From positions 21,141 to 85,140 of the forward strand of contig JBHENX010000067.1 of the NCBI GenBank assembly GCA_046261855.1: a DNA stretch of 64,000 nt, given 5' to 3'. This DNA comes from Pyrinomonadaceae bacterium (lineage in GTDB: Bacteria; Acidobacteriota; Blastocatellia; Pyrinomonadales; Pyrinomonadaceae). Below the pieces are notes generated by a model. That model did no database searches and was not told the DNA's origin. It was given only the letters and a program-made list of their open reading frames with translations. The position numbers and the translations under genes are program-made. How positions within the stretch are numbered: the first letter of the stretch is position 1; each line of letters begins with the position of its first letter. Shown here in pieces: positions 31,155 to 40,724 of this stretch.

Positions 31155-34100
31155 TTAGAACCGCAGAATGATCGCGAACTGAAACGAACGTGGGCCGCCA
31201 ATTTGATAGAGTGGGTTTAGACCACTAAGTTGCGAGGCCTGCATGTTCGTTGCCTGGCCAAAAGTTGTGCTGGTTAAGTTCGCGTTGATAGTTCCGAAGT
31301 TCGGATGGTTGAAGACATTGAACGCTTCGGCCCTGAATTGAAGAGAGAATCCTTCCGTCAATTTGAACTGGCGGCGCAACGCCAAATCAACCTGCCAGGC
31401 GGGCAACCCACGAATAGCGTTACGGCCCAAACTCCCTTGTTGATTCGGTAGCGGAATTGAAAATGCAGCCCGGTTGACTGTTCGCCCCCCGGGAAACCTT
31501 TCATCTTCGATATAGACCGGCACCCCCTCAATCAGGTTTGCACGACGCGCGATTTGAGTGCCGTCAGCGGGATCGATAATCGTGCCGGAAGTAACGTTCA
31601 ACGGCAGCGCCGTTTGCGCATTGAACCGGGTATCGATGGACCATCGACGAAGGATCGCTCCAGCAAATCCATCTGATTTCAATACGGGGAGGTCGTAAGT
31701 AACGGCGCCGGCAAGGTTGTGACGAATATCAAAATCCGATGGACCACGCAGCAAAATATTACTGACCGTATCTTGAGAGACCACATCGATGGCCTTGGCC
31801 CAGGTATATGAAGCAAGCGCCTGGACTCCGCGCGTCAGGCGGCGCTGAAACTGGACCTGCAAGGCGTGATAATCCGATGTGGCATCGTTGGTGACGAGCC
31901 GTACCGTGGAGAAATTTGGGTTGAACGGGGTAACTGTCAGCGCTCGCTGAACCAGCAATCTTCGTCCGGCATTACCAACATACGTCGTGGTGAGCGTTTG
32001 CTCTTGTCCCAGTGACTGCTCGAGAGCGAAAGTCCACTGCAAGGTATAAGGCAGTTTCAGATTGGGATCGAAAGTAACCAATGTCCCATAACGCGGAGCC
32101 CGCGTGAAAACGGGTGGAGCAACCAGGGCGGGAGTTAACGGCAAAACCACATTCGTTTGAATGCGAGAGGGGACGAACGGAAATTGAGAAAACCCGGCCG
32201 AACCCTGCGAATTACCCGTATCGTAAAAGACGCCGAAGCCGCCGCGCATCATTGTCTCGCGCCCTGCTTTCTCGAACAGTCGAAAAGCAACTCCGAACCG
32301 TGGCGCAATGTTATTGAACGTCGTCTTCCACAATGGAGTGCCCTCTGGGGCTAAAGCCAGCGACGGCAGATTCTCCAAATTGACTATTGCTAACGGATCG
32401 TTTCCGTTGGCTTCAGTCGGCGCGGGGTTCACGTCCCATCGCACGCCATAATCGAGAGTGAGGCGCCGAGACACTTTCCAGGCGTTTCTTACGAAGGCGG
32501 AGAACTCGTTGTAGATCGGTCGCGTTTCCATACCCGCGCCTATCTGGGCCAGCGATGCTACGCCGTTGTTCACTTCCGCCTGCGATTGAAATAAGAGTGC
32601 GAGGATGTAAGAGCGCGGAGAGAGTACGGGAGCAAGCCTTCTGTAATCAGCTCCAAATTTCCATTGATGCGCTCCGGTCGTAATCGAGAAAGTGTTGACC
32701 ACATTGAACTGGCGCTGCGCCACCGCGCTCCTATTAACACTGACCTGCGGAAACACACCCGTCGACATCCCGGTCACAAAAAATGTACTACCGGCATTCG
32801 CACTATTCTGAGCCGACGCAAACTGAGGCAACACGAGAAAATCAGGCGACAGCGGAACCGAGCCGCCAAACCCATCTTGTCGCTGGAAAATGCGACCTGC
32901 ATTGCGACTGAAATTAATCCTCAGCTCATTAGTAATCGTCGGTGTAAAAAGCATCGTCGCGCCCGTGGTAAACACTTGTTGCCGCAGCTCAGTAACGTCG
33001 ATTGTGCTGAGATTGCTGGCTCCGTCCCGGCGCTCACTCGATGAAGGAGCATGGTTGTATCTGCCGAATATCGTGAAGCGATTACTGACCGTGTGATCGA
33101 CTCGAATGCTGGTCGCATTCAGCGTACTCGCGTCGGAATAGCTTGCTGAAAATTCGGCAAAGCCGTTTGCCAGAGTGCGGCCGTTCGGCACAGGAAACGC
33201 GTTTAGTAATGGACGGATACCCGGAGCTGCCGTCTGACGCAGGCTAACCGACGGCACATTGGTTAGCGCGAATTTAGGATTGCGTAATCGTAGTCCTTCG
33301 TACGAAATGAAAAAGAAGGTTCTATTCCGGCCGTTATACCACGGCTGCGAACCGCCCTCGCCGAAACGCGGCAGCAAAACTGGACCACCAAACGTGCCCC
33401 CAAAATCATTCTGCCGTTCAGGCGGTCGCGCCTGCCCCGCACGATTCGCAAACCAGTCGTTGGCGTCGAGCTTGTCATTCCGCAGGTACTCGAAGAGTGA
33501 ACCGTGAAATTCATTGCTGCCCGAGCGCGTCACGATCGATATCTGACCACCGGAAGAACGCCCGTATTCAGCCGAGTAGGTCGAGGTCTGCACCTGAAAC
33601 TCCTGCATCGCTTCAACCGACACCATGCCGTTGGTACCGCCAAACGTCGTGAGCGCCGGGAGTGTGCCGCTCGTTGCCTGTCCGGGTACCGTGCCGGCTC
33701 CGTTACCGGTGTTCGCGCTTACGCCATCAACCATAAAGTTGTTCGCATTGGGGCGTTGTCCATTGACGCTAAACTGCCCACTGTTTCCAGACTGCGAACT
33801 GGGAACAGTCACGATTCCCGGCGTAAGTGTGATCAACTGCTGAAAACTCCGGCCGTTGAGCGGCAGATTCTCGACAAACTGCCGGTCGACAGTCGTGCCA
33901 ACTGCGGGTGACTCATCGAGCAGCGCCGGCGTGTCAATCACGTCGACCGTTTGCCCATCAATGCTCCCGACCTTCAACTGAATTTTTAACGACACGCGAT
34001 CGTTGACGTTCAGCACCACGTCGCGCATCTGGACGGCCGTGAAGCCTTCGCGTTCCGCTTTCACGACGTAGTTGCCGACTGGCAACAGCGGAACGATGAA

Positions 34101-34292
34101 AGAGCCGTCTTCATCAGTGACCGTAGATCTCTGAAACGCATTCGCGATGTTAATAATGGCGATGTTTACGCCAGGAACGACCGCGTCATTCTGATCAGTA
34201 ACGGTTCCGGTCAGAGTCGCACTCGGGCTCTGGGCCATAACCACCACGCTCATCGATGCCACTAAAAGAAATGAACTAAGAAAAAGACGCAA
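31155..34292 (-). CDS. TonB-dependent receptor-like outer-membrane barrel with an N-terminal CarboxypepD_reg domain
   Basis: A probable TTG start at 34292 gives the signal peptide (M)RLFLSSFLLVASMSVVVMAQ. The longest ORF reaches 34415. LTGTVTDQNDAVVPGVNIAI..DGSFIVPLLPVGNYVV is CarboxypepD_reg-like. A plug-like region follows (VENLPLNGRSFQQLITLTPG), and the protein ends in ILRF with a terminal aromatic residue. Confidence 0.75.
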   Translation of the reverse strand: MRLFLSSFLLVASMSVVVMAQSPSATLTGTVTDQNDAVVPGVNIAIINIANAFQRSTVTDEDGSFIVPLLPVGNYVVKAEREGFTAVQMRDVVLNVNDRVSLKIQLKVGSIDGQTVDVIDTPALLDESPAVGTTVDRQFVENLPLNGRSFQQLITLTPGIVTVPSSQSGNSGQFSVNGQRPNANNFMVDGVSANTGNGAGTVPGQATSGTLPALTTFGGTNGMVSVEAMQEFQVQTSTYSAEYGRSSGGQISIVTRSGSNEFHGSLFEYLRNDKLDANDWFANRAGQARPPERQNDFGGTFGGPVLLPRFGEGGSQPWYNGRNRTFFFISYEGLRLRNPKFALTNVPSVSLRQTAAPGIRPLLNAFPVPNGRTLANGFAEFSASYSDASTLNATSIRVDHTVSNRFTIFGRYNHAPSSSERRDGASNLSTIDVTELRQQVFTTGATMLFTPTITNELRINFSRNAGRIFQRQDGFGGSVPLSPDFLVLPQFASAQNSANAGSTFFVTGMSTGVFPQVSVNRSAVAQRQFNVVNTFSITTGAHQWKFGADYRRLAPVLSPRSYILALLFQSQAEVNNGVASLAQIGAGMETRPIYNEFSAFVRNAWKVSRRLTLDYGVRWDVNPAPTEANGNDPLAIVNLENLPSLALAPEGTPLWKTTFNNIAPRFGVAFRLFEKAGRETMMRGGFGVFYDTGNSQGSAGFSQFPFVPSRIQTNVVLPLTPALVAPPVFTRAPRYGTLVTFDPNLKLPYTLQWTFALEQSLGQEQTLTTTYVGNAGRRLLVQRALTVTPFNPNFSTVRLVTNDATSDYHALQVQFQRRLTRGVQALASYTWAKAIDVVSQDTVSNILLRGPSDFDIRHNLAGAVTYDLPVLKSDGFAGAILRRWSIDTRFNAQTALPLNVTSGTIIDPADGTQIARRANLIEGVPVYIEDERFPGGRTVNRAAFSIPLPNQQGSLGRNAIRGLPAWQVDLALRRQFKLTEGFSLQFRAEAFNVFNHPNFGTINANLTSTTFGQATNMQASQLSGLNPLYQIGGPRSFQFAIILRF

Positions 34293-34596
34293 AAAAAAGG
34301 GACCAACGTGGTCCGGCACACTCAGGTTAGCGAGCGTGAATGAGGTTGAGTGTTTGATGCTTGTTCTGTCGTGAGGACAGAAGACAACCGGACAGACTTC
34401 TGGGCTGCTGGGCATGTTGCTCCTCCTGTGTGTATATACACGCTTCGCGGGCGATCAAAGCGCGGGAGTTCTTGTTTTCAGCCCCGCCCATCCTGCCCTG
34501 GGATCGCACAGGGGCGGAGCTGCCGGCCTGCCTAATCTACCCAGCCCCACTCAGCCTGCCCTGGTTGCAGCATGAGAAGGGCTGAAAGGCCCCTTC

Positions 34597-37500
34597 TCAA
34601 GGTGAATACTCAGAAATACGGTTTGATAACCGTGCCGCTACTTCCAAACTGCGCTTGAACTGCGGTGCTTTAAACGCCGCCGCCGAACTTCGTGCCGAAA
34701 TCGTGAACGCCTGACCGATAGCTTCGTTGTTTGCTAGCGCCAGCCTGTGCAGACGTTCGATTGCGCGTGTTAGATCCGCGTCGCTGTTGATCGAGAAATC
34801 TTCAGCTTCTTCTGCTGCGGCGCCGGAAAAGAAAACGGGACTGAGTTCCCCGCGTAAGGCGGCCGTTTCGCGCGCCCACGCGTTTGCGTGATCACGCATC
34901 ATCGCAAGCCATTTTGAGCGCGCATCAGGGGTAACGGCACGCATATCAACGCGCGCGAAACGCTCCACTAAGCGCTTCAACTCAACAGCGTGAAACAATG
35001 CGCGATAACTGTGGTTCACTACGCGCGACGAATACGATCGCACTGACTCATCGACAGCTTCTCGACTGCCCCCGCGCTTCTCGAAGTAAGCGCGTAATTC
35101 CTCTTCAACCGCACTCGTGTTGCTGGTCTCTTCAGTCTCTCTGACTAACTGTTTTTCTGCATTGACTTTCTGGTTCGCTGCTTCAGCGACCGTGCGAATC
35201 TGAATGCTGACCGCCGGATTGTTGCTCACGGGACTCAACACCCGCAGAAACTCTTCCCGGCGTTCGGGTGTATCAACTACTCCCTCAACGCGCAGTGACC
35301 CACTCGCGCTGCGCGTGAGGGCGACCTGCTCATTCCTGTCGGCCTTCGCCTGGCTGAGCAAGTATGCAACGTCGATCTCCAGCTCGGTTGAAGCGAAAGC
35401 TGAAGCCGACGCGGTGGAAGGCAGACCGGCATCTTTTTTCAACACCGCATGTCCCACGGCAGTGTTGCCGGCGGGTTCCTTCCCTAACAATTCCGGTTCG
35501 ATCTCAAAAACGTTTGGTACTTCTTTCGGGGAAAACACCTCTGACTTCGTTACGACAAACTTGTATTCAACTAACTCGTCACCACGTTGGATTACGAGCG
35601 TCTGCTCCATCGCTCGCAGATCAGATCTTGCCAACGTCAACGTTGCTTTTACCAACCGGCTCGCGCCAACCGTTCGTTCTTTCTCAAAACTGACGACATA
35701 GCTGCTTGTTCTCTGCTCGACGGTGGCGTCCTCCGGGTCCGCAATGAGCGTGTTGAAATCCTGCACCGAAGGTGTCAACTGCCACACCTGATCGAGGTCG
35801 AGCAGCAAACCATCCGGCTCTGCACTTTGTGATTGCGGAACTTTCGCGTGGTGACGGTAGACCGTGCGGGCGCCATCCGCCGCCTGCGCTGCGGCTGCCA
35901 CCAAACCGCCGCTCTCGTCATACAGGCGCTGGATACGTTGGCCGCGATCACGATTCTCCCACGAAGCGATCGTGTGTCGCGCAACCAGTGCTCCTTCACT
36001 AGAACGCCTGACCTCGAGATTGATTGATCGATGAACAACCTGATCGGGAACGCTCGCCCGCTCTGCTTCGGCAACGATAGCCTGGGCCAACAAGCTTGAG
36101 GCCACCGGCGTCGTATGTAGATTTGTGTTGTAAATCAGAAACGCGCCCACCAGCACCGGGACCGCCAAAACTGTCAACATCGCCGGTGAGTTCCACCAGC
36201 GAGCGCCCTGAACCGGCGGTTGGCCAAACAGCCCGAGTGACGTCGTCGCCGAAGGTCTCCCACTTTCTTCCGCGACAACATCGCGCGCGCAGACTCTCTT
36301 CAGTACGTCTACCAAACGTCTGGCCCGAGCTTTGGGCACGAGAGTGAGGGGTGAGGACAGATAGCTTTCGCCTACAACATCCGCTGAGGAGAAGTCCACT
36401 ACCGGATCGTTGTAGACGACATGAAGCCTTGGACCATTGTTCGGTTGCACACAGAGATCCAACGTACGTCCGTCACTCAATTCGATCTCGGCCCGTTGCT
36501 CGGATTCAACAGCGTCCTCGTCGATACTCAGAAAGAGGAGCTGCACGCCTTGTTCACTCAGGATCTCGACGAACTCGATCGGTTCATCCGCAGCGAGGTT
36601 CAGATCAAATTCGCAGAAGTCTGAAGTGACTTTGAACGAACTCAGCGGGACGCCATTCACCGCGATTCGCAACTCGCTCGGTTTGTGTTCACGAATCTCG
36701 CGCAGCCGGCGCTTGAATCTCTTGGGCAGAACGGTGGTCATACCCCCTGAGCCGCCGCTACCCCCCGCATCTCGCGGCGGCTCATTACGCGAACAGTCCT
36801 CGGCCGGATAACGCTCTGCCAACAACGGCAACGCGAGCATGGCATTTACAACATCGAGACACGATCGACAACTCACGATATGCGCGAGTTCCGCCGTTGA
36901 AAGCGCGTCGGTTTTGGCGGCTGCGTAAGCCGCCTCCAACTCCTCTTTCGACAGGCAAGCACCACGATGCGAACTGAAGATCATCCCGCGCAACGCGACC
37001 ATCAGATCAGAATCAGAGGATGAATACCCGCTCCATGAACAAACAGCCGTTGTTGTGTTATCCACAAATCGCAAACGGCGCGGATCATCCATGAAGACTT
37101 TCACTTCACGACGAGCGAGTCGCTGCCATTGGTCCACACAATGGCGCGAACTGCCGAGTACACTGGCGATCTCAGTCGGAAGGTAATCAAGGAAAAACCT
37201 GAGGATCAGAACACTGCCCGCTCTGGACGATTCTTTGCGGAAACACGCGTAGGCGCAGATCTGCTGCAAGTCTTCAGCCGCCTGCATGCGGCGCGGGGGT
37301 TCGATCGCTGTCCACCCGAGACGGAACGTGTCGTAGTCAGCGATCGAGAGCGCCGAATCATGCAGGCGCTGTGAAACACGGGTCACGCGTGAGAGGTACA
37401 GGTTGCGCAGGAGCCGTCGCAGGTAGCCGTTTATATTTTCGACGTTTTCCAACTGCCGGCGAGCCAACATGAACTGCACGAACGCGTCCTGCACCAGGTC

Positions 37501-37626
37501 TTCCGCCGCGTCACGCTGCTGGTTAGTCAACCGCAACGCCCACGCGAGCATGATTTCATAGCGCTCAGTGAAGAGCTGTTCTCTAGTCGGTTCCGACTGT
37601 GCCGCCGCGCGGCGTTGATCGAACAT
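34597..37626 (-). CDS. Single-polypeptide ECF sigma factor / ZAS-type anti-sigma / TM / large extracytoplasmic domain
   Basis: 1009 aa. Region 2 reads DAAEDLVQDAFVQFM..GYLRRLLRNLYLSR. Region 4 reads LILRFFLDYLPTEIASVLGSSRHCVDQWQRLARREV. The HxxxCxxC motif is HIVSCRSC. The TM helix is PAMLTVLAVPVLVGAFLIY, at about residues 480-505. About 500 aa lie beyond the membrane. Confidence 0.7.
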   Translation of the reverse strand: MFDQRRAAAQSEPTREQLFTERYEIMLAWALRLTNQQRDAAEDLVQDAFVQFMLARRQLENVENINGYLRRLLRNLYLSRVTRVSQRLHDSALSIADYDTFRLGWTAIEPPRRMQAAEDLQQICAYACFRKESSRAGSVLILRFFLDYLPTEIASVLGSSRHCVDQWQRLARREVKVFMDDPRRLRFVDNTTTAVCSWSGYSSSDSDLMVALRGMIFSSHRGACLSKEELEAAYAAAKTDALSTAELAHIVSCRSCLDVVNAMLALPLLAERYPAEDCSRNEPPRDAGGSGGSGGMTTVLPKRFKRRLREIREHKPSELRIAVNGVPLSSFKVTSDFCEFDLNLAADEPIEFVEILSEQGVQLLFLSIDEDAVESEQRAEIELSDGRTLDLCVQPNNGPRLHVVYNDPVVDFSSADVVGESYLSSPLTLVPKARARRLVDVLKRVCARDVVAEESGRPSATTSLGLFGQPPVQGARWWNSPAMLTVLAVPVLVGAFLIYNTNLHTTPVASSLLAQAIVAEAERASVPDQVVHRSINLEVRRSSEGALVARHTIASWENRDRGQRIQRLYDESGGLVAAAAQAADGARTVYRHHAKVPQSQSAEPDGLLLDLDQVWQLTPSVQDFNTLIADPEDATVEQRTSSYVVSFEKERTVGASRLVKATLTLARSDLRAMEQTLVIQRGDELVEYKFVVTKSEVFSPKEVPNVFEIEPELLGKEPAGNTAVGHAVLKKDAGLPSTASASAFASTELEIDVAYLLSQAKADRNEQVALTRSASGSLRVEGVVDTPERREEFLRVLSPVSNNPAVSIQIRTVAEAANQKVNAEKQLVRETEETSNTSAVEEELRAYFEKRGGSREAVDESVRSYSSRVVNHSYRALFHAVELKRLVERFARVDMRAVTPDARSKWLAMMRDHANAWARETAALRGELSPVFFSGAAAEEAEDFSINSDADLTRAIERLHRLALANNEAIGQAFTISARSSAAAFKAPQFKRSLEVAARLSNRISEYSP

Positions 37627-37926
37627 ATTGCTCTGGCTCGGCTCTGGGTTCCGGATTACATTTTCCTGCGTGGCTTCTGGACTCGACCGTCAGCAGGAAG
37701 TGAAAGTCCCGTGGACCTTCACTCTCTATAACTGTTTTAGGGTGGGTGATCTCAAACGGAAAGGATCAAATAAATCTTTTATTTTGAGGCACTTACCGTG
37801 AAGAGAGGACACTTGTCCGACCCACGCCAATCAGCCGCTTGCTGAGCGCGCCCTGGTACAAGTTTTTCGTAAACCGCGGGCCCACTGCGTTCTGGTTAGG
37901 GTCCGACGGTTACGCCGCACTATACC

Positions 37927-37956
37927 CAGTTGCGTATAGGACCGCAACTGTTTTTT
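37927..37956 (+). terminator. Orphan rho-independent terminator-like hairpin in a 670-bp non-coding region
   Basis: CAGTTGCG (37927-37934) pairs with CGCAACTG (37943-37950) across an 8-nt loop, followed by TTTTTT. A second perfect 9-bp hairpin, GATCCACTC/GAGTGGATC, lies at 37964-37987. No + strand ORF lies upstream. Confidence 0.45.
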
Positions 37957-38295
37957 GATTTTCGATCCACTCAGTTGTGAGTGGATCAGGGGCAGACCTT
38001 ACTTGATGGATTGCTCGTGTCAGCGGTTGCGCTTAGCGGATTGACGACTCGAAGAAGGTCCCTGGGGCCTGGGCCTTGCTCTAACTTCAACCAGTCCGAA
38101 GGGCTCGGATAGTTGGGGAGATTACTTTTCCTCTGAGCTGTCTGTAGCGAAGTTTACCGCTGTTGGCCGCGGACAATATCCCACCACATACGTTGATGTC
38201 AACTATTCCGCTGCCGAAAACCTTGTGCCGTGGCGGGACACGGGAGTAGAGTAGCTCAACCTCGCCCGTTGCGTTTACCTCCCAGGAGCTCACTC

Positions 38296-38769
38296 ATGAA
38301 TCGAGGAGAACTGACCAGTCTATTGCACGATCCTACCAGCGCGCTGCACCATCTGCTCACGATCTGGTCTGAAACGCCGATGCTGCTGATGCTTGATATC
38401 GACTGGCGTCGTGGCCCGCTTGTGTTGGTCGGCAAGGCTGATCGCCTGATGTGGCCGTTGTTACCGGCAGGAAGCTTATTGCAACTGGATCAGACCGAAC
38501 GAACAGTCGATGCAGAGCAGTACGGCGAGTTTGAACGTCCCGTTTACTTAATCGAGTATCGAGGCAGGTTCCACTGCTGTCACGCCCAACGGCGCGGTGA
38601 CACACTGCGAATGATCTCGCATCACGAATCGCCGGAGCGGCCGTCGATAAGCGTCCCTTTGAGGGACGCCAGAGTTCGCGGCCGGCTCACAACGATTTTT
38701 CGACCACTCGCTACGCGCGGCAATCTCGCAGGACGTCCCGAATACCTCAAACCGGGACGACGTTATTAA
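38296..38769 (+). CDS. Stand-alone degenerate S24-like domain protein (paralog of the C-terminal domains of the two regulators at 19.9-22.3 kb)
   Basis: The ATG at 38296 follows AGGAG (38284-38288). WPLLPAGSLLQLDQTE..GEFERPVYLIEYRGRFHCCHAQ..LRMISHHES..VRGRLTTIF aligns with YPLIRPGSLLEIDTH..NEFERPIYFVELREGYACGWCE..LLIIPHHSS..IVGRVVSYY. Confidence 0.55.
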   Translation: MNRGELTSLLHDPTSALHHLLTIWSETPMLLMLDIDWRRGPLVLVGKADRLMWPLLPAGSLLQLDQTERTVDAEQYGEFERPVYLIEYRGRFHCCHAQRRGDTLRMISHHESPERPSISVPLRDARVRGRLTTIFRPLATRGNLAGRPEYLKPGRRY

Positions 38770-38772
38770 ACT

Positions 38773-39357
38773 TCAGCGGCGATCGCGGTAAATACTTTCC
38801 AGCTTCCGCCACGTTTTTATCCGCGTTAACGAACACGGTGGCGCGTAACCGAGCCGCTCAGCCTTAATCGCGAGTCCGGCATAACTCAGCGTTGTTCTTG
38901 TTTTCAGCTTCAACTGCACAAGCGTCTTGGGCAGACACTGATCGCGTCCCACGCGCAGCATGCCCATGTGCTTGATAAAGTCCTGATCCGGATAGATCAA
39001 TTCCGCCGCGAAGATCTCCGCACCCACTTCAACCGTCTTACTCAAATTTGACTGGTCGCAGTAACTTATGCCCAGATCACGATCGCGAAAGAAGTGTTTG
39101 AGCTCGTGGGCCATCGTGAAAACCATCGGATCCTGCGGCAGACCGCTGGCAAGCAGGACCGTGACGCCGAGATGATCGCTGATGAAAGCGCCGCGCAAGT
39201 TTCGCAAACGATACGGCCACGAGTCGATCACGATGCCGTGCCGATCGTAGATGCGCCGCAAATCGCTCGTGAGCACGCGTGGTGAACGGAGGCCATGCTC
39301 GGCTCTTACTTGTCGCGCGAGCAGTTTAAGATCTTCAAAATAAGCCTGCCGGTTCAC
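38773..39357 (-). CDS. ImmA/IrrE family metallo-endopeptidase (DUF955)
   Basis: 194 aa. It carries the HExxH motif in FTMAHELKHFFRD. It overlaps the upstream XRE gene by 4 nt, the classic XRE-ImmA pairing. Confidence 0.8.
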   Translation of the reverse strand: MNRQAYFEDLKLLARQVRAEHGLRSPRVLTSDLRRIYDRHGIVIDSWPYRLRNLRGAFISDHLGVTVLLASGLPQDPMVFTMAHELKHFFRDRDLGISYCDQSNLSKTVEVGAEIFAAELIYPDQDFIKHMGMLRVGRDQCLPKTLVQLKLKTRTTLSYAGLAIKAERLGYAPPCSLTRIKTWRKLESIYRDRR

Positions 39358-39746
39358 TTCTGCTTACCTCCCTTGCGGCCCGGCTTTGGTCGGGTTTTGC
39401 CCAGGTAGATCCCGCGCGCGCGGCGAAACTCAGCGTACTTGCGCAACTCTTCAAGGTCGGCGGGGTGCAACTGTCTTGCAGTGCGCAAGAGTGCTTTGAG
39501 GTTTTCGTCGTCTTCGTCGTTGACCATCTCCGACGGAAAGAACGACATTATCGAGACGCCGAAGAAACGTGAGAGACGCTCGAGGTCCTTGAGGCCCGGA
39601 CGATAGGTGCCGGTTTCCCAACGTGAGATTGTATTTGGCGCGACTTTCAAATGCGTCGCGAGTGATTCCTGCGACAGTCCTTCACCACTGTTGTAACTAA
39701 TGCGCAGATCTCTGATTCGCGCTGCGACATGGTCCAGCAGATCCAT
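39354..39746 (-). CDS. XRE-family helix-turn-helix transcriptional regulator
   Basis: 130 aa. The HTH reads LSQESLATHLKVAPNTISRWETGTYRPGLKDLERLSRFFGVSI. The C-terminal tail is basic. Confidence 0.8.
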   Translation of the reverse strand: MDLLDHVAARIRDLRISYNSGEGLSQESLATHLKVAPNTISRWETGTYRPGLKDLERLSRFFGVSIMSFFPSEMVNDEDDENLKALLRTARQLHPADLEELRKYAEFRRARGIYLGKTRPKPGRKGGKQK

Positions 39747-39797
39747 TTCGTTTCACTCTTTCTCATCCTGAATGAGGACGGCATTTAACTAATATCG

Positions 39798-39826
39798 TTG
39801 ACAAGGCGGTGGGGCATGCGTATTAT
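39798..39826 (+). promoter_or_regulatory. Near-consensus sigma70-type promoter
   Basis: TTGACA (39798-39803), a 17-nt spacer, then TATTAT (39821-39826). It points toward the 39910 ORF and the Ku operon, and diverges from the XRE/ImmA pair. Confidence 0.45.
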
Positions 39827-39909
39827 ACGCGCGCGGCATTTTAATTCAATGGTATCGAGCGATACCAGGTTGGCCCAGACAATTGAACTGATAACTGAAG
39901 TACCTCACC

Positions 39910-40245
39910 ATGAATAATTCTTTCTTCCGCAAACGCGTTTTTCTGGCCTCTATCTCAACCGGACACACTTCGTACGTACTCGCTGAAGTCGAATCGAGTC
40001 GCGGTGGTGAGTACAAGTGGGGCCATTGCATGTTGACGATCGCCGACTGTCGCCGGCGCATTCAGCTCGAGTTCTTTCTCGGCACGGTGCGCGCACGGCG
40101 AGAGAGTTTGAAGAAGTTGGACCTGTTGTTAAAGGTGCTCGGCTCGTTTCGCAACGCGCTGCTCGCAGAAGCGCAAGCGATCACTGAATACGAGCGCGCC
40201 GCCAAACGTGGCGGGACGAAAAAGCTGAAACCAAAAACGTCGTAA
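39910..40245 (+). CDS. Hypothetical protein (111 aa)
   Basis: It is the first ORF downstream of the TTGACA/TATTAT promoter. The C-terminal tail is basic. I recognised no motif. Confidence 0.45.
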   Translation: MNNSFFRKRVFLASISTGHTSYVLAEVESSRGGEYKWGHCMLTIADCRRRIQLEFFLGTVRARRESLKKLDLLLKVLGSFRNALLAEAQAITEYERAAKRGGTKKLKPKTS

Positions 40246-40438
40246 CGATTACCGCGCGCGGCCCAACAACTCCCCACACCCACGCGCAGCAAACAACTCC
40301 CGGCAGTACGGACGCACCAACAAATCCCGAGCACCGCTTCACCTAACGCGTCGTCGGCCTCTGGCATCGCGTTTGCGCTATGTTCCTCTCGAACATAATT
40401 TGTGATCTGGAACAGAACAGAATTAAAGGCAGGAGTGT

Positions 40439-40690
40439 GTGATGATGCCCGAGCAGCAGGTTGACGAACAACAAGTTGACGACAAGGGAACGGACCAGGA
40501 AGAAGCGAAACGCATGCTGACAGCGTTGCGGGATCGCGGTTTTGACGCCGACAATGAAAAACTTGCGGTGGCCCTCGGAAGATCCGTCGAGCAGGTCGCC
40601 GCAATTATCGAAGGGCGCGAAACCATTGACGACGATGTCGTGATGAAAGCGCGAGGAATCGCGCTCAACCGCGGTATTGAAGTGGGCTAG
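40439..40690 (+). CDS. Hypothetical small acidic protein (83 aa)
   Basis: GGCAGGAG lies upstream of GTGATGATG. The product is rich in Glu/Asp/Gln. I recognised no motif. Confidence 0.45.
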   Translation: MMMPEQQVDEQQVDDKGTDQEEAKRMLTALRDRGFDADNEKLAVALGRSVEQVAAIIEGRETIDDDVVMKARGIALNRGIEVG

Positions 40691-40724
40691 AGGCACACTC
40701 GGATAACAGCGGAGGTGTAGAGAG

